Source of the DNA: Octopus bimaculoides
Taxonomy: Eukaryota
Length of the DNA: 64,000 nt
Direction: 5' to 3'
Assembly: GCF_001194135.2 (NCBI RefSeq)
Contig: NC_068984.1
Coordinates: forward strand, 37,791,636 to 37,855,635
Part shown: piece after piece, positions 1 through 13,658 of the stretch
Layout: each line of letters starts with the position of its first letter
How positions within the stretch are numbered: the first letter of the stretch is position 1
Notes under the pieces: model-generated
What the model saw: the letters and a program-made list of their open reading frames with translations, nothing else
Told to the model about the DNA's origin: nothing
Database searches by the model: none
Position numbers and translations under genes: made by a program

Positions 1-1577
1 GGGGGGGGGGTGCGGAAGTCTTTCCATATATATATGCCAATATGTGCCTGCCAACATTTTTTTTTTCATACAGAATTACGATATAATCGTAATCTACACC
101 ATTTGAAAGGTATTTGTAAAATTTCATTACAAAATACATACTTTTTTCTGAAAGTAGTGAAGAAACAAAGTCAACTTGTATGAATTATTCGATATACTTC
201 TCCCTGCCCCAATAATATTTTCACAACATATTCCGATATAATCGTAATCTACACCACCTGAAAGGTATTTATGGAAAATTTTATTCAAAAACATATATTT
301 TTCTGAAAATTATAAGGAAACAAAATCGGGGTTAGGACACACTTCTTTGGGTACGCCATATTGATAAACATAATGCTGCAATAAAAATGGACAAATGAGA
401 GACGATGCAAAAAGGGAGCCTCTACACAGTTACTCCTGGTAGAAATATCAGTCGGATTCTCTCAATTAACTCCTTATTATCTTTAAAAAAAAGAAACACA
501 TTTGATAAGATGGGATGTAAGTGGGAATACTTTTGATCAAGATCTGTTTCATCTAAATCCGTTGAACTAAATAACAAATATATAAAAAAAAAAAGCAAAA
601 CATCTATGCAGCAATGCAAGTTAGCCAAATTTATATCATATTCTGTTGAAATAGTTAAATTTTTATATGCTGTAACAATAATACAAATAAAATGCTACAA
701 AATTAAATGTGATTCGTAAAGTAGCTGAAATCTGAACATGGTACAACAGATGCTCTCTATTCATTCTAAGTGTGAGGTGGTTTATATACAACTCCATTAC
801 TACAAATAGCACAAAATTAGACAGGAAAGTCCTCACTGACAGCACAGTAATCTTATAAAAACAATAACAGATGTATGATCATCAAAGCAAGTCTCACTAA
901 TTTCGAAATTCCTTTCAACAAACAAACAAGCTTATTGGTTATGAACCGACTTATACTAACAACATACATACTGGATTCAATGAGAGAACAACTATGACGC
1001 GATGTCTACGTAATCGTTCGACATGCCAGAAATAACTGACAAATCTTCCTCAAATTACATATATCCTTATTGTCTTTAAAAACAAGAGAGGCATATTTAA
1101 TAATGTAGCCTTAGATACACTATCCCCGAAAAAATACAGGGTGGTAATTACCTGAATGCCTCTATCTGGCCAGAGTTGACTTGGGTTTAAGCAAACTATG
1201 AGTGTAGGGTACATTCTTAGGACACCTCGCATCAGACAAAACCTCCACTGATGAATGTCCCCGAGGACAACCCACCTCTTAGGACAACACTCTACCAGTT
1301 AAATTCTGTTCGGCCAGGAAGGAAAAAAAAACACATTTGAAATGTCTGTGGTATGACATCAGCAACTGGGGAGCTGACCGCTGACCGGAACCGTGAACTA
1401 ACCGGAACGGGGAGCTGACCGGAAGAGGAAGAGGGGCAAAGGGAGCCTCGATTAGGATTTCGTGCCCTTTTTTGAGTGGGATTGTTGTGACGAGAGGACG
1501 TGCCAAGCGATCGTCTAGGTGTTGGGAGAAGAAGCTGCTATTTCTAGGAGGCCGAGGAGAAGGAGTTCAAGACCCTC

Positions 1578-3993
1578 ATGGACACGGATTGCACGACTAC
1601 CCTCGTGACACCAAGGGTAGCGAAGAAATGGGATGGGGCGAGTAACGTCCGGGCGGTCGTCGGCAGAGAGATCCGTTGCAAGGGCAGCTGCAGTGTGGAG
1701 ATAGCATTGAGAGGTGCGGCGCTAAGGCTACGGGTGATCACGATCGAATATGTGATAGACGGGGTTGATCTCGTGTTGGGGATGGACGCCATCAACCGTC
1801 TTGGTGGTGTCAGGATTGCAGGAGATGAGGTCACGTTCGGAAGTGTGGGGGCATCATGCGCCGTGAGTCGGGACCGCTGGGGAGAGCAGAGCCCCGTCAG
1901 GGTCAGCGCCGCTTACACCATCGAGGACAAAGATTTTCAGGCGGCGTTCGATGGTCGGAGGTGGACGATAGAGTGGCGATGGAAAGACGATCCCCCAATA
2001 CTAAAGAACAGGGTGAGCTGCTACCAGCATACCCTGAGAGGTCACGCCGGGGTCGAGTTCGACGAAGAGGTAGAGAGATGGATCGAGGAAGGAGTCCTTG
2101 TCCCGTGGAAAGAGGAGGTGGTGAGCGGAGTGCTACCTATGATGGCAGTGGTGCAGCTGACGAAGGGGAAAGTCAGACCGGTGCTGGACTTTAGGGAGCT
2201 GAACGAACATATATCGTGCCACACGGGAGGCAAGGCAACGGACGTTTGCAGTGAGACGTTACGTGTGTGGAGACAGTCGACCAAGGCAGCTACGATCGTC
2301 GACTTGAAGTCGGCATATTTGCAGCTCCGTGTCAGTAACAAGCTGTGGCAATATCAGCTGGTGCGGTACAAGGGCCGGACGTACTGTTTAACCAGGCTGG
2401 GTTTCGGGCTGAATTCCACTCCGAAAATCATGGCAATGGTGCTCAAGTCCATCCTAGGGAAAGAGGAGAAGATAAGGAAGACCACCAGTTCCTACATTGA
2501 CGACATTTTGGTTGACGAGACTNNNNNNNNNNNNNNNNNNNNNNNNNNNNNNNNNNNNNNNNNNNNNNNNNNNNNNNNNNNNNNNNNNNNNNNNNNNNNN
2601 NNNNNNNNNNNNNNNNNNNNNNNNNNNNNNNNNNNNNNNNNNNNNNNNNNNNNNNNNNNNNNNNNNNNNNNNNNNNNNNNNNNNNNNNNNNNNNNNNNNN
2701 NNNNNNNNNNNNNNNNNNNNNNNNNNNNNNNNNNNNNNNNNNNNNNNNNNNNNNNNNNNNNNNNNNNNNNNNNNNNNNNNNNNNNNNNNNNNNNNNNNNN
2801 NNNNNNNNNNNNNNNNNNNNNNNNNNNNNNNNNNNNNNNNNNNNNNNNNNNNNNNNNNNNNNNNNNNNNNNNNNNNNNNNNNNNNNNNNNNNNNNNNNNN
2901 NNNNNNNNNNNNNNNNNNNNNNNNNNNNNNNNNNNNNNNNNNNNNNNNNNNNNNNNNNNNNNNNNNNNNNNNNNNNNNGGAAGACCCGGTTAGGGGAAAC
3001 TGGTATGTGCCCAATACAGAATGCGGGACGGTTTGGTGTGATGCTAGCAGTATAGCAATAGGGGTTGTGTTGGAGATTGAAGGTGCTGAAGTGGAGGATG
3101 CGGCCTGGCTACGGAAAGCGGACGACTTCAACCACATGAATGTCGCCGAACTAGACGCAATGCTGAAAGGGGTGAACTTGGCCCTGAGATGGGGACTACG
3201 CTCGATCGAGATCCAGACGGATTCGGCCACCATGGTCGGCTGGGTAGGAACAGTGATTACCAGTGAGAAGAGAGTCCAAACGAAAGGTGCCCCGGAGATG
3301 TTGGTGAAACGCCGCCTAGGAGTTCTAGGAGAGCTGATCGCCGAGTTCGGACTGAAGCTGAACGTGGTTTTCGTGCCTTCGGAGAGAAACAGGGCGGACG
3401 CACTGACCAGGGTGAAAAGGGCGTAGCTGGAAGAACCGGAGGAAGCAAGGAAAGGGATAGCGGCAGTGTATCGGCTGGGTGACTCCAAACTGAAGAAGCT
3501 ACATGCTATGCATTACTTGGGGTGGATAGGACCCTGTATCTAGCGAAGATGATTGATGCTGACGTCACTAGGAGAAGCGTCAAGAAAGTGGTCGGTAACT
3601 GTGACAGATGCCAGTCCATTGACCCCGCCCCGGGTGAGCATGAGCAAGGGAACCTCAGTAGAGTGCAACTGGAGGAGACTAGCTGTGGATGTGACGCACT
3701 ACCGTCAGGGAATGTATCTCACCATGGTCGACAGCGAGCCGGGCCGGCAAGCCATTTGGAGTGAGTTGAGGACAGGCATTGCTGATGAGATTGCCCGGAT
3801 TTTGAACGGGATATTCTTGGAGAGGGGTCTCGTAGAAGAACTGCTGATGGACAACGGGGCGGCGTTTCGTTCGGAAGCATTGGGGGAGATGCTCGACCGA
3901 TGGAAGGTACGACGATTGTTCAGAGCGGCGTATAGGCCGAGCGGCAACGGAATCGTAGAGAGGCACCATCGGACGATTAAAGCCATGGCTGAA
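1578..3993 (+). mobile_element. Gypsy/Ty3-type LTR retrotransposon pol (protease-RT-RNase H-integrase), degenerate, interrupted by N gaps
   Basis: ORFs show protease-like MDTDCTTT, RT motifs (RPVLDFRELN, DLKSAYLQ, RLGFGL, YIDDILV), RNase H (CDASSIAIG..AELDA..TDS), integrase zinc finger (CDRC) and core (LAVDVTHY..MDNG..GNGIVERHHRTIK). Premature TAG at 3424-3426 and a frameshift near 3655. No gag seen; LTRs not confirmable because the 3' end lies in the gap 3994-4778. Confidence 0.93.
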
Positions 3994-5029
3994 NNNNNNN
4001 NNNNNNNNNNNNNNNNNNNNNNNNNNNNNNNNNNNNNNNNNNNNNNNNNNNNNNNNNNNNNNNNNNNNNNNNNNNNNNNNNNNNNNNNNNNNNNNNNNNN
4101 NNNNNNNNNNNNNNNNNNNNNNNNNNNNNNNNNNNNNNNNNNNNNNNNNNNNNNNNNNNNNNNNNNNNNNNNNNNNNNNNNNNNNNNNNNNNNNNNNNNN
4201 NNNNNNNNNNNNNNNNNNNNNNNNNNNNNNNNNNNNNNNNNNNNNNNNNNNNNNNNNNNNNNNNNNNNNNNNNNNNNNNNNNNNNNNNNNNNNNNNNNNN
4301 NNNNNNNNNNNNNNNNNNNNNNNNNNNNNNNNNNNNNNNNNNNNNNNNNNNNNNNNNNNNNNNNNNNNNNNNNNNNNNNNNNNNNNNNNNNNNNNNNNNN
4401 NNNNNNNNNNNNNNNNNNNNNNNNNNNNNNNNNNNNNNNNNNNNNNNNNNNNNNNNNNNNNNNNNNNNNNNNNNNNNNNNNNNNNNNNNNNNNNNNNNNN
4501 NNNNNNNNNNNNNNNNNNNNNNNNNNNNNNNNNNNNNNNNNNNNNNNNNNNNNNNNNNNNNNNNNNNNNNNNNNNNNNNNNNNNNNNNNNNNNNNNNNNN
4601 NNNNNNNNNNNNNNNNNNNNNNNNNNNNNNNNNNNNNNNNNNNNNNNNNNNNNNNNNNNNNNNNNNNNNNNNNNNNNNNNNNNNNNNNNNNNNNNNNNNN
4701 NNNNNNNNNNNNNNNNNNNNNNNNNNNNNNNNNNNNNNNNNNNNNNNNNNNNNNNNNNNNNNNNNNNNNNNNNNNNNAGTACCCATGCAATTACACGAAA
4801 ATTAGTATAAACATTTTCTAAACGAAAATCATTTTAAAAAAAACTAAACATTTCATTTATTGTTTAATTTTAGTAGTTTGGAATGAAAACAGGTTCTTGT
4901 CAGACAAGATCCTGAAAAGATTCTGAGAAAGTGGAAGAGTGCAATACTACGAACTTTCAGTAATCGTCTTCATTATAGAAAATAAAAGTAACTAATGCTT
5001 TCGTTAATAGATAAATATTGCTTTCATTT

Positions 5030-5210
5030 ACCAAATCGTTAGCGCATCGGACAAAATGCATGAGCTATTCCTACTGGATTCTTACTTTCTCGGTTCAATT
5101 CCCACCGAGGTCAACTTTGCCTTTCATCTTACCGGACTCTAACCAAGTACTTGAATCGATTTATCGACTAGTTCCCTTCACCAAATTTCTAGCTTTGTGT
5201 CTGTTAGAAT
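5030..5210 (+). mobile_element. Decayed tRNA-derived SINE (family A)
   Basis: Retains GGTTCAATTCCCACCGAGGTCAACTTTGCCTTTCATC body shared with the family A copies elsewhere in the window. Confidence 0.7.
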
Positions 5211-6429
5211 CGACTCTGTTCAAAAAAATCTTTAATAAAAAATACATTGAAAAATCTGTTGTCAGAAAAAGCTTTAACCAATGGAATTTTGTCCACTTTG
5301 CACCTTAATCGAGGTTATTTGGTTAAAGGGTTTTCTACTATTGCAGTGGTAGTCTATCACACAATTGTGTTTATATTTTTCGTAAACTCTCCCCCTTTCA
5401 GTTTGCTGTTTTTTCTCTCAAATTTACAAGCAACTTTCAAAAATCCATCTTCTAAATTGTTCTTTTTCTGATGTCACGAATTTTTAATAATTTAAACTAT
5501 CTAATTTTTAATATTGCGCTACTACTTTTTACGTATGTAATATTTAACTATGGAACGAAATCAGAGCTATTAATTTCATATTAACACACAATTTACACGT
5601 TAAGACAATTCACTGACACACTATGGAAGGAAATTGAAGATATAAGTTTATTATGAACACATTCACATTATTCAAATTATTCGTAAGACAACTGACTGAA
5701 ATATGCGTGTGTATGTAGAGAGAGAATAGGGAATCCTTCGCATTGCGGGATGCAGCCTGTAATTTTGCTCTTACTGAAATTCAGATAGATTTAAAAAAAT
5801 TAAAATCTATACTTTCTTCTTAGTCAAAAAGCAACTTAGTTAAAAATATAATCAAGATACACACACAAAACTATAATCAAGATACATACATAAATAAAAA
5901 TATATACATATATGCATATTTGTGTGGGGGGTTAGGGTGCAAATGTTTCTGTATATTTTCTTAGTTTACAATAAGTATCCTAAACAATAACAATGCAATT
6001 AACAAGAACAATATGACCACTGCCACCGCCAACATACCCTACTATCACCAAACGAAAACCAATACAATCATCGGTACCGCCACTACCAACCCACCAAACT
6101 TTGAACAATAATAACAGAAATAATAGTATCAGCGTTATAGCAATGTCTGTAGCTACATACGTTGTATGTCAGCATAACGGGGGTGACTAGATTGTAAAGT
6201 TTTTATGACGCAATTCAGAAGTGTGAAATGTCTATGAACCGGAAAATCCTTCAATTGACTGTAATCATACAGAACTTCCAACTATCACGCTCCTCACCTT
6301 TTCATTTTCTCATTTCATTCTTACATTTATAAGAATAAGACAAAAAATTTTGCTCTCACAAAACAGGTTTTTTACTACATAACTATTGTGGTTAATTGTT
6401 GATTGCCGCTACTGGTGGATTTACCTACA

Positions 6430-6960
6430 ATTCAAGATGTCTGTAAGAAGCTATCAAGTGGAATAGTCGTGCGAAAAGTAACCGTAAAAGTCATACATAA
6501 GATATCGAACTTGATGCTTTAAAACGACTTCATGCGAGAGTAAAAAGTCAGCCACATTGCCAAAACATTTAAACTTGAAGTGTCCAGTGAGAATAATTCC
6601 TAACAATACAGAGAAAATTAAATCAAGGGCTCAAGGAGCTACTCCGTTAACTGCTCGGAACTTATTTTGTCATAGATCTAATGTGATGTTTAAAAATGGG
6701 ATGGTTTTTGAGCGTATAGATCGAGGATCAGACTCGACACATTGTGTCGATAAGCATGATAGTAATTTAAAAACAAAAATAAAAAGTTTGTATGGCGATT
6801 TTCAGAAGAAATGCAGCTGATAGTAGTAAAGGCTGGTTTGAAAGGTTTAACAAGCACTTGAATTTTCAAAATACAAAATTGATTGATAAAGCTGCCAGTA
6901 CTAATACAGAGGTTGCTACTAATTATCCCGAAAAGCTGAAAAAAATTAGAAATGATTTAT
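6430..6960 (+). mobile_element. Tigger/pogo transposase N-terminal remnant (CENP-B-type HTH)
   Basis: Broken frames give DSNLKTKIKSLYGDF and SSKGWFERFNKHLNFQNTKLIDKAASTNTEVATNYPEKLKKI, matching the ASxGWFxRF/GEAASAD pattern of Tigger transposases. Confidence 0.82.
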
Positions 6961-7289
6961 TTCTAAATTTCACAGAGAGAAAATAATTGTAGCTAGAAAA
7001 AGCTACACACTAGAGCACGTAGTGACTTCATTTAGGCATAGAGTAGATTCGAATTTGAATCTTCCAATTTCCCTTAACATGGCAATAGCATTTTTCTCAC
7101 AGAAAAACAATGGTTGACATTAGTTACAATGAACACATGGCCTCGCTAAGCCGATTTATGTCTTTGACACTTGACTCTTCTAACCTCTTGTATGCGGTGG
7201 AGAGTTGAATTGAGATAACAGTCGACCCCCAAAGAATATCTATTGTCCTTTACAATATACCTATTTTTCTAGCTAGTTTTGTATAGTTA

Positions 7290-8908
7290 TAAATACAAGA
7301 ACTCCGTAAGCCAAGGCGGCGGTCCTCCGGGAGGTTGGACTGGGCCCGACTTTCTGTGGATGGATCAATGCTATGTATAGCGACATCGACTCAGTCGTCC
7401 GGGTGAACGGTTTCCTCTCGAAGAAGTTCGCGATCGAGCGTTCAGTTCGCCAGGGCTGCCCCCTGTCCCCGCTTCTGTATGTATTGGCTCTTGAACCACT
7501 GCTGCGGAGGTTGGAGACCACGGAAGGAGACCCGCGTGAACTATGTTATGGTAGAGGAGCGACCGGCATATGCGGATGATGTCACCATCATCGTGTCTGA
7601 TGAAGGGCAGCTACCGCGTGTAGAAGACGACATGGAAAGATACGAAACGGTGGCAGGAGCAAAAGTTAACCAGGAAAAATCAGTTGGCTTGCAACTCGGT
7701 ACCTGGAGGGGCAAGTCGATGCCCCTCAACAGCGTCGTGGGACGTTGGACGGAGGGCCCGGTTAAACTGCTCGGGGTCTGGTTTGGACCGGACCTCCAAA
7801 TGGAGAAAAACTGGAGCGAGGTCACAAGCAAGGTGACGGCCATAACCCAGACTTGGTCTAGGAGGACGCTATGGGTGTGGTCACCGCATGTCAAGTTCTT
7901 CCTGCCACAATTGACGTCCCTGCGGGACGTAGGCACATGCATCATGCGGAGACCGAAAATGAGTGAATGGTAGAGGGAGTGCAGACATGCACTCGCTCTG
8001 TTCTCCTGAGCGAGCAATACCAGCAGCGGGGCTACCACTGTGGATTTTTATAGCGGGTTGTAGAGCACATGTCCGACGACGTCCTGAGGGAGACTGAGCT
8101 TCGATGGGGAACAGCTTGTCAACCTCGGCCCGAACATTCGGGCCTGGTTGTGCTACTAATCAGCCTTGCCAGTTCGAGAGAGGTTGTCAAGGCATGGTGC
8201 TGGTACTGCACCCACATGCCCGAGGTGAAGGCGTGTCAGTGAAACTGTTACGCACGCCTTCGTACAATGTGAGGAACTGGAGGGGGTGATTGATAACCTA
8301 TGTCAAACAACTGGTGTCGGAAACAGAAAGAGTACGGTTATCGACTGAGTCTATCATCAAGATTGTGCCACCTCTCTCCTTTAACAAGGAAAAGGAGGCG
8401 TCATTTTTTCTGTGTAGTAGCCGTATTGAAAGAGACAGTATTGGTGATGCGTGGAAGAGGAATTGAGACAGGCAACTTCATCTCCGGACACGGGTTGGTT
8501 AGTTTTTTCTAACTACCACCTGTCCAGGAAGATCAATCTAGAAAAGAGGTACCTGCCTCAAAGAACGTTTGAGAAAAGATGGACAAATGTCGTTGAGAGT
8601 GAATGAAGCCGCACTAGTGTAGCCGGTCTGAACAGAAAAAAAGGGAAAAGGAAGAAAAACAAAAAAAAAAAATTATTCATAAAGTGGAAAAAAGGGAAAA
8701 AAACCGGCGGGTTGAACACAAACCCGGGAAAACTATATATTATCATTTAATTTTTAATTCATTTAAAATTCTTTGATCATCCTTTCGATTTCATTATACT
8801 CGATTTTTACCACCGACTAACTAATATATAACCCCAATCCCTAAATGTTTTTGTTTTGTCCTTGTGCTGTCCCCTCTGTGTTAGCCATGTATTGGCAAAT
8901 AAAGAAAT
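7290..8908 (+). mobile_element. 5'-truncated, internally deleted Tx1/L1-clade LINE (RT C-terminal part plus 3' UTR)
   Basis: VRVNGFLSKKFAIERSVRQGCPLSPLLYVLALEPL, then AYADDVT and KLLGVWFG (non-LTR RT motifs); 3' UTR ends GGCAAATAAAGAAAT at 8908. Confidence 0.9.
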
Positions 8909-9216
8909 TAGTTACTGAGAACCGAGTTGGCTGAACGAAACGCCGTCTCTTAATGAAAAGGTACAGAGGGTCAACAATGGTAACTCATCAATTTAATTAA
9001 TCTTTCTGATAATGTGAGAGCATAATCTATCGCCAAGAATAACACCTTTACTCCAGCTAATGGATTGAGGAGCGATAGCTAACCTCAATGTTTGTTATCT
9101 GAGAACTTTCAAGCAGCTTATGAAAGCAGTTGACATGGAGGATAAACCTACAGTTAGAGACTTCTGAAATTTCAAGATAATGGGTGACAATAAATAACAA
9201 ATGAATAACAAATGAA

Positions 9217-9552
9217 CAATAAATAACAAATGAATGTATATAAAAATACTTATTATATCAAGATAGAAAAATGTTAAACAATATTATAATTTATATTAAA
9301 ATCAAAGTTATTTATATTACGTTTATAATTTTAAAACTTCGTTTAAATTGTATTTTAAACGAAAGATTCGTTAAGATAAGATTTGCATTTAATATTTCTG
9401 TTAGTTTATATTCTAATAAACATAAAGTTAATAATGTCACGTTTATAATTTTCGATAAGATTAGTATTACATTTCTTTATAATAATATTGTTTAACATTT
9501 TTCTATCTTGATATAATAAGTATTTTTATATACATTCATTTGTTATTTATTG
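9217..9552. repeat. Perfect 69-bp inverted repeat with 198-bp spacer
   Basis: 9217-9285 is the exact reverse complement of 9484-9552. Confidence 0.9.
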
Positions 9553-9597
9553 TGGTTGATATATACATTCATTTTATTATTATTGTTGTTGTATTTT

Positions 9598-9707
9598 GAC
9601 CTGAAGATTAGCTATATTTTTGAATAGAATTGCTTTTCGATAGATTTAATCTATTTGATTATATTTTATTTTCTATTTGAAAACTTGGTTATGAAACACG
9701 TGTAGTC
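9598..9707 (+). ncRNA. Candidate degenerate type I hammerhead ribozyme motif
   Basis: GAC-CTGAAGA-(~85 nt AT-rich stem II region)-GAAA-C-ACGT-GTA-GTC: both core motifs, short stem III with palindromic loop, stem I GAC/GTC. Stem II is poorly paired. Confidence 0.45.
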
Positions 9708-10987
9708 GTTTTATTATTATTATTTTATGATTTTTACTTTGTATTTTATTATACTTATTTATTGTGTATTTACTTATTAATTTTTTCTATATGTGACTGT
9801 AGATTTTCATGGATGAGTTCATGAACTTTGGTTCTTTTCTCTAAATTATATATTTATATATTTATACTGTGAAACTTAATTTAATTTTAATTTTTGATAA
9901 ATTGAATTTAACAGAATTTTTACCTGTAAATTTGGATTTTTATCCCTAATATTATTATCATTATATATATATGAACGTTGTGTGGTGCAGGAAAAGGAGC
10001 AAACAGCATAAAATGAGTAAACAAGAATGGCAAACTTAGCTGGAAATAGTATCATTTCTTAAAAGTCTACTGCTGAAAAGTGAGAAAAAAAATGTACATG
10101 CAAAGAAAAAGGAGTTGTTGAGAGTTTATATGAGAGTCTTATATAAGCACAAAAATTCGTGGATAATGCAATGTCTGTACGTCGGGACGAGACGAAAAGT
10201 GTATGTGCCGAAAAGGTTGCATGTGCGGGCTTCCATATATTCATCCAGTTAGTTTCTGTCGAAATGCTGCGTTTATGGGCTTCCATGGTCAGCGAATTCT
10301 TGGTATATCGGCAGGGTTGCATTGTAGTGAGAGGCATCGCAGTATAGTGCTTTCTGTCGCGCGTTCTGCAACAAGTCGAACGAGAGTTGTGATTTGATGA
10401 AAGTGAAGTACATTTGTGGCACTTGAGTAGTAGCCAGGTAGAATTTAACTGCAGAATCTGATTGTCAGTGGACAGCACGTAGTTAGTTTGAGACTGGACA
10501 TCAAGTTGATAAGGGTGCATTCTTTTCCTCTGGTATGACGACCGTTGAAGCGAAGCAAAAGTTATTGAAAAGAAGGCTGTATTTCTTCAGCTCGGGTTAC
10601 CAAATGTATGTGATGATGTAATGGAACATGTAATATCAGAAAGGCAGTAATTCTTTTTAGCGCCGGAGTCAGCAAAATGTAGCGACTAATGTAGCATCAG
10701 AAGGTAGTAATCCCTTTTAGTCGGGTCAGCGAATTCTTTTTAAGTCAGGGCGACCATTTATAACGATAAATGTTAGAGTCGGTGGGGGGTCACCATTTGT
10801 AATGCGTATATGTTAGAGTTAGCGGTTACCATTTGTAACGGAGTTAGACGTCGGAGAGCATCAATTGTATTATATATGAGCATGCCTAGATATGCAAGTA
10901 TATGCATGAGAAGACATACATAAAACAAAACATACAAATCTGCACATATACATACATACATACATACATACATACAAAAATACCTTG

Positions 10988-11097
10988 CTGCTGTTGAAAT
11001 TCTAATGAAGGAGCCTTGGATCTAGGTTAGAAACCGGCTCTTTCTCTATTGGTAAGAAATCTTGAAATAAAACTGAGTAATGACAGACATACATACA
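10988..11097 (+). repeat. ~110-bp dispersed repeat embedded in (CATA)n, copy 1
   Basis: TGTTGAAATTCTAATGAAGGAGCC...TTTCTCTATTGG.AAGAAAT.TTGAAATAAA..TAATGA also present at 15868-15957; both copies flanked by CATA repeats. Confidence 0.75.
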
Positions 11098-12291
11098 TGC
11101 ATACAGTATATTACTCTGTTATGCACTATAACAAAAAGAAACTGCACTGTATAACAAGGGTTTAACAATACCTACAGCTTAGTGACCCTCACAAACTCTT
11201 AAACCTACTTTTCATCCAGGGTGGTGGTCAATGAACTGATTACTAATCAATCAATGGAGCCGACTGAATCAAACGTGCCCATTCTTAAATTTGTAACTTT
11301 GTGCAAATGCTACATACTGTTATGTCACAGAACACCATCAGAGCTTGCTAAATTCGTATCAGACATGCACTGAGTGCAATTCAATCGACTATATCCTTTT
11401 CACTATAACTTTATGGCTTTGTGCCAATATCAAAAACCACTATTCTACCATAGTGCCAACATTTATTCTCGCTCTCTTTGCTCTTGCAAAAGCGCCTAAA
11501 TTTATATTTTCTTGAAATAAATTTAATCTACCTCTATGTTTTTCTTGAAATAAATTTAATCTACCTCACTTCGTTTATTTAATATTTTCCTGGTCGTTCA
11601 CATCAGTTTCTAAGCTCTTTTGAGTTTTCTGTCTAACATATTTCCTTTTACTTGTTTTCTTTAGATTATATTTCACCTCAGGTAGTGTAAATGTCACGCA
11701 GACACTAGTTGTTTGTGATCTTACTGTTAGACTTTACATACGCTGTTTTCTTATACTTTCCAGATTACCACACAACAAGAGTAAACAGGTTTAATCCGTT
11801 GGGAAGAAATATTTCTTTTAAGTTTAACACGCACGCTAATAAAGAAAACTAAGCATTTGGAGTTTGTGGGGTGGCGGAGTTAGTGGTGGTGATGGTGGTG
11901 GTAATGGTGATACTGGTGTAGATAATGGTCATGGTGAGATTGTAATATTGATGGTGATGATGTTAGTGGATGATAGTAGTGGTGGTGGTGGTAATTATGG
12001 TATTGGTATATTTGCTGTTATTGGTGAAGGTAGAGTGGTAGTGTTAGCAATGGTAATAACTTTCTCCAGCCGTTTGCAGACACAGCATGTCAAACAGTTG
12101 TTTTAACAACTCTATACTCGTCTTTCTGTTCTCCAACCGAGCAGAGAGAAGGAAAAGATTTGTCATCAGCGTGATATTTCTCCAGTCGTGACAGCGTAGT
12201 TACAGAGCTATACGTACCAACTATTTTTTCATAGACCAAAGGGTTTGTCTCACCCAGTGTATATAAATTGTTTGTATTCTTCATTCAAATG

Positions 12292-12437
12292 TACTAGCGT
12301 AGCTAGTGGGAGGCGGTAGGGGTGGTCCACCCCGGGCGGCACTTTTGGGACTGCTGTAGGCAATGTGTTTTTGTGGGGTCCGGAGGCGGCAAATGGAAGG
12401 GCCACTCCGGGTGACATACACTCTAGCTACGCTAGTG
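12292..12437. mobile_element. hAT-like MITE, 146 bp
   Basis: TIR ACTAGCGTAGCTAG / CTAGCTACGCTAGT; flanks TTCAAATG and TTCAAAAG form a 7/8 match to an 8-bp TSD. Confidence 0.8.
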
Positions 12438-13658
12438 TTCAAAAGCCAACACGGAAAATACTATGTGCAATTAATAAAGTTTCTGTTTAATTGTTTGTGA
12501 TTGTTGTTCAGCATCTATACGCAGCCAGCAACCCAAGACAGCTACCAGAGAAGAAACACACCTCGCGACAGACAGTAGTAATATTTATTGGGTGTAATGG
12601 GCGATAGTCAGCATTGGTGTTTCTTTGATATTACATAATCACCACCGCCGCCCATTTGAGTAATTTTAATTTTCATTGTAATTAGTGAGTCTGTTATTCA
12701 TATTCACTAGTTAAATATGTATGTACATAATACGAAATAATTCCAACAAATAATACCAGATAAAATATTGGAGTCGATATAATCGAGTAAAGAACAACTT
12801 TGAAAAAGGTACCTATGGAAGGTCAATGACCGAAAGAATAAAATATTTATGTCTTGAAATATAGATTTTAAACCTCACTATCACAGGAATTCTCTAGAGC
12901 CTTGCACATCTACTTTTATCAAACGATTCCCTACTATTTTCAAGTTCAGTTCCATTTATTTCTGTTATTCTCATCTTTTACATGTGGCATCTGTATCCCC
13001 TAAGTAAAAACAAACAGTAGACATACTATGCTGATATTCCTTTTTGTTTCATTCTTTAAATGCCATTTATTCCAAAGAGAACGAGTATTATACATCTTTG
13101 TTGTTATTGTTTAACTTTACTTTGCAGAATGAACCCTACAATGTGCGGCGTCTCCTTCTCCCAGTTGTACAACGTACTACTGCTTCCAGCTCTGCTATGT
13201 GTGCCTTCTTTTACCAGCCATACATTGTCCACCCTCTACTACTAGCCATACAACATGCGCTCCCTTCTCCCAGCCATACAACGTACGCTCTATTCTGCCT
13301 TTCATACAGTCCTACAAAAGTGCCCTCTTCATTTAGCCCCACATTGTGCACCTTCTTCAACAGCTTTTTTTCTTTTTTTCAGAAATCTTCTTTACAACAG
13401 CTAAACAATGCAGTAGAAAAATTAAAATTAATTTATGCACAAGAAATCTATAGTTTGGTCACTAATTAAATCTAAATCCGGTAAAATTTTAAATGTTTCG
13501 CACCAACTTATTTGACACGTGATAAGGCTAAACAATTCTCTCATTTCTCTCTCACTCCACCCCAACACTGTCCTCCATCCTCCTCTGTTCCAGGGTAACT
13601 TCTCCAACTCTCTTTTTTTACTGAGATTTAGTTTTTAGTTGGTTTAAGAAATTTTAAG

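Noticed and set aside
79-328. Two ~90-bp direct repeats as a CRISPR-like array or regulatory repeat
   Set aside because: Only two diverged units in eukaryotic DNA; most likely an internal duplication in a repeat element cut by the window edge.
1246-1300. CTGATGA followed by TGTCC/GGACA hairpin as a possible hammerhead
   Set aside because: No GAAA core after the stem; GGACA repeats here look like DNA-transposon subterminal motifs.
1856-3488. Long alternative-frame and antisense ORFs over the Gypsy pol
   Set aside because: Shadow ORFs of a GC-rich coding sequence, inflated by N runs.
3705-4821. Long ORFs spanning N gaps (also 31936-32224, 35858-36611, 61606-62013)
   Set aside because: Length comes from X residues in gaps.
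11665-11790. Two + strand micro-exon candidates (17 and 25 nt)
   Set aside because: AG/GT pairs of this size are common by chance; no supporting exons or homology.
13044-13469. 141-aa ORF
   Set aside because: Built on a degenerate ~28-bp tandem repeat (CAGCCATACA units) and low-complexity sequence; no domain recognised.
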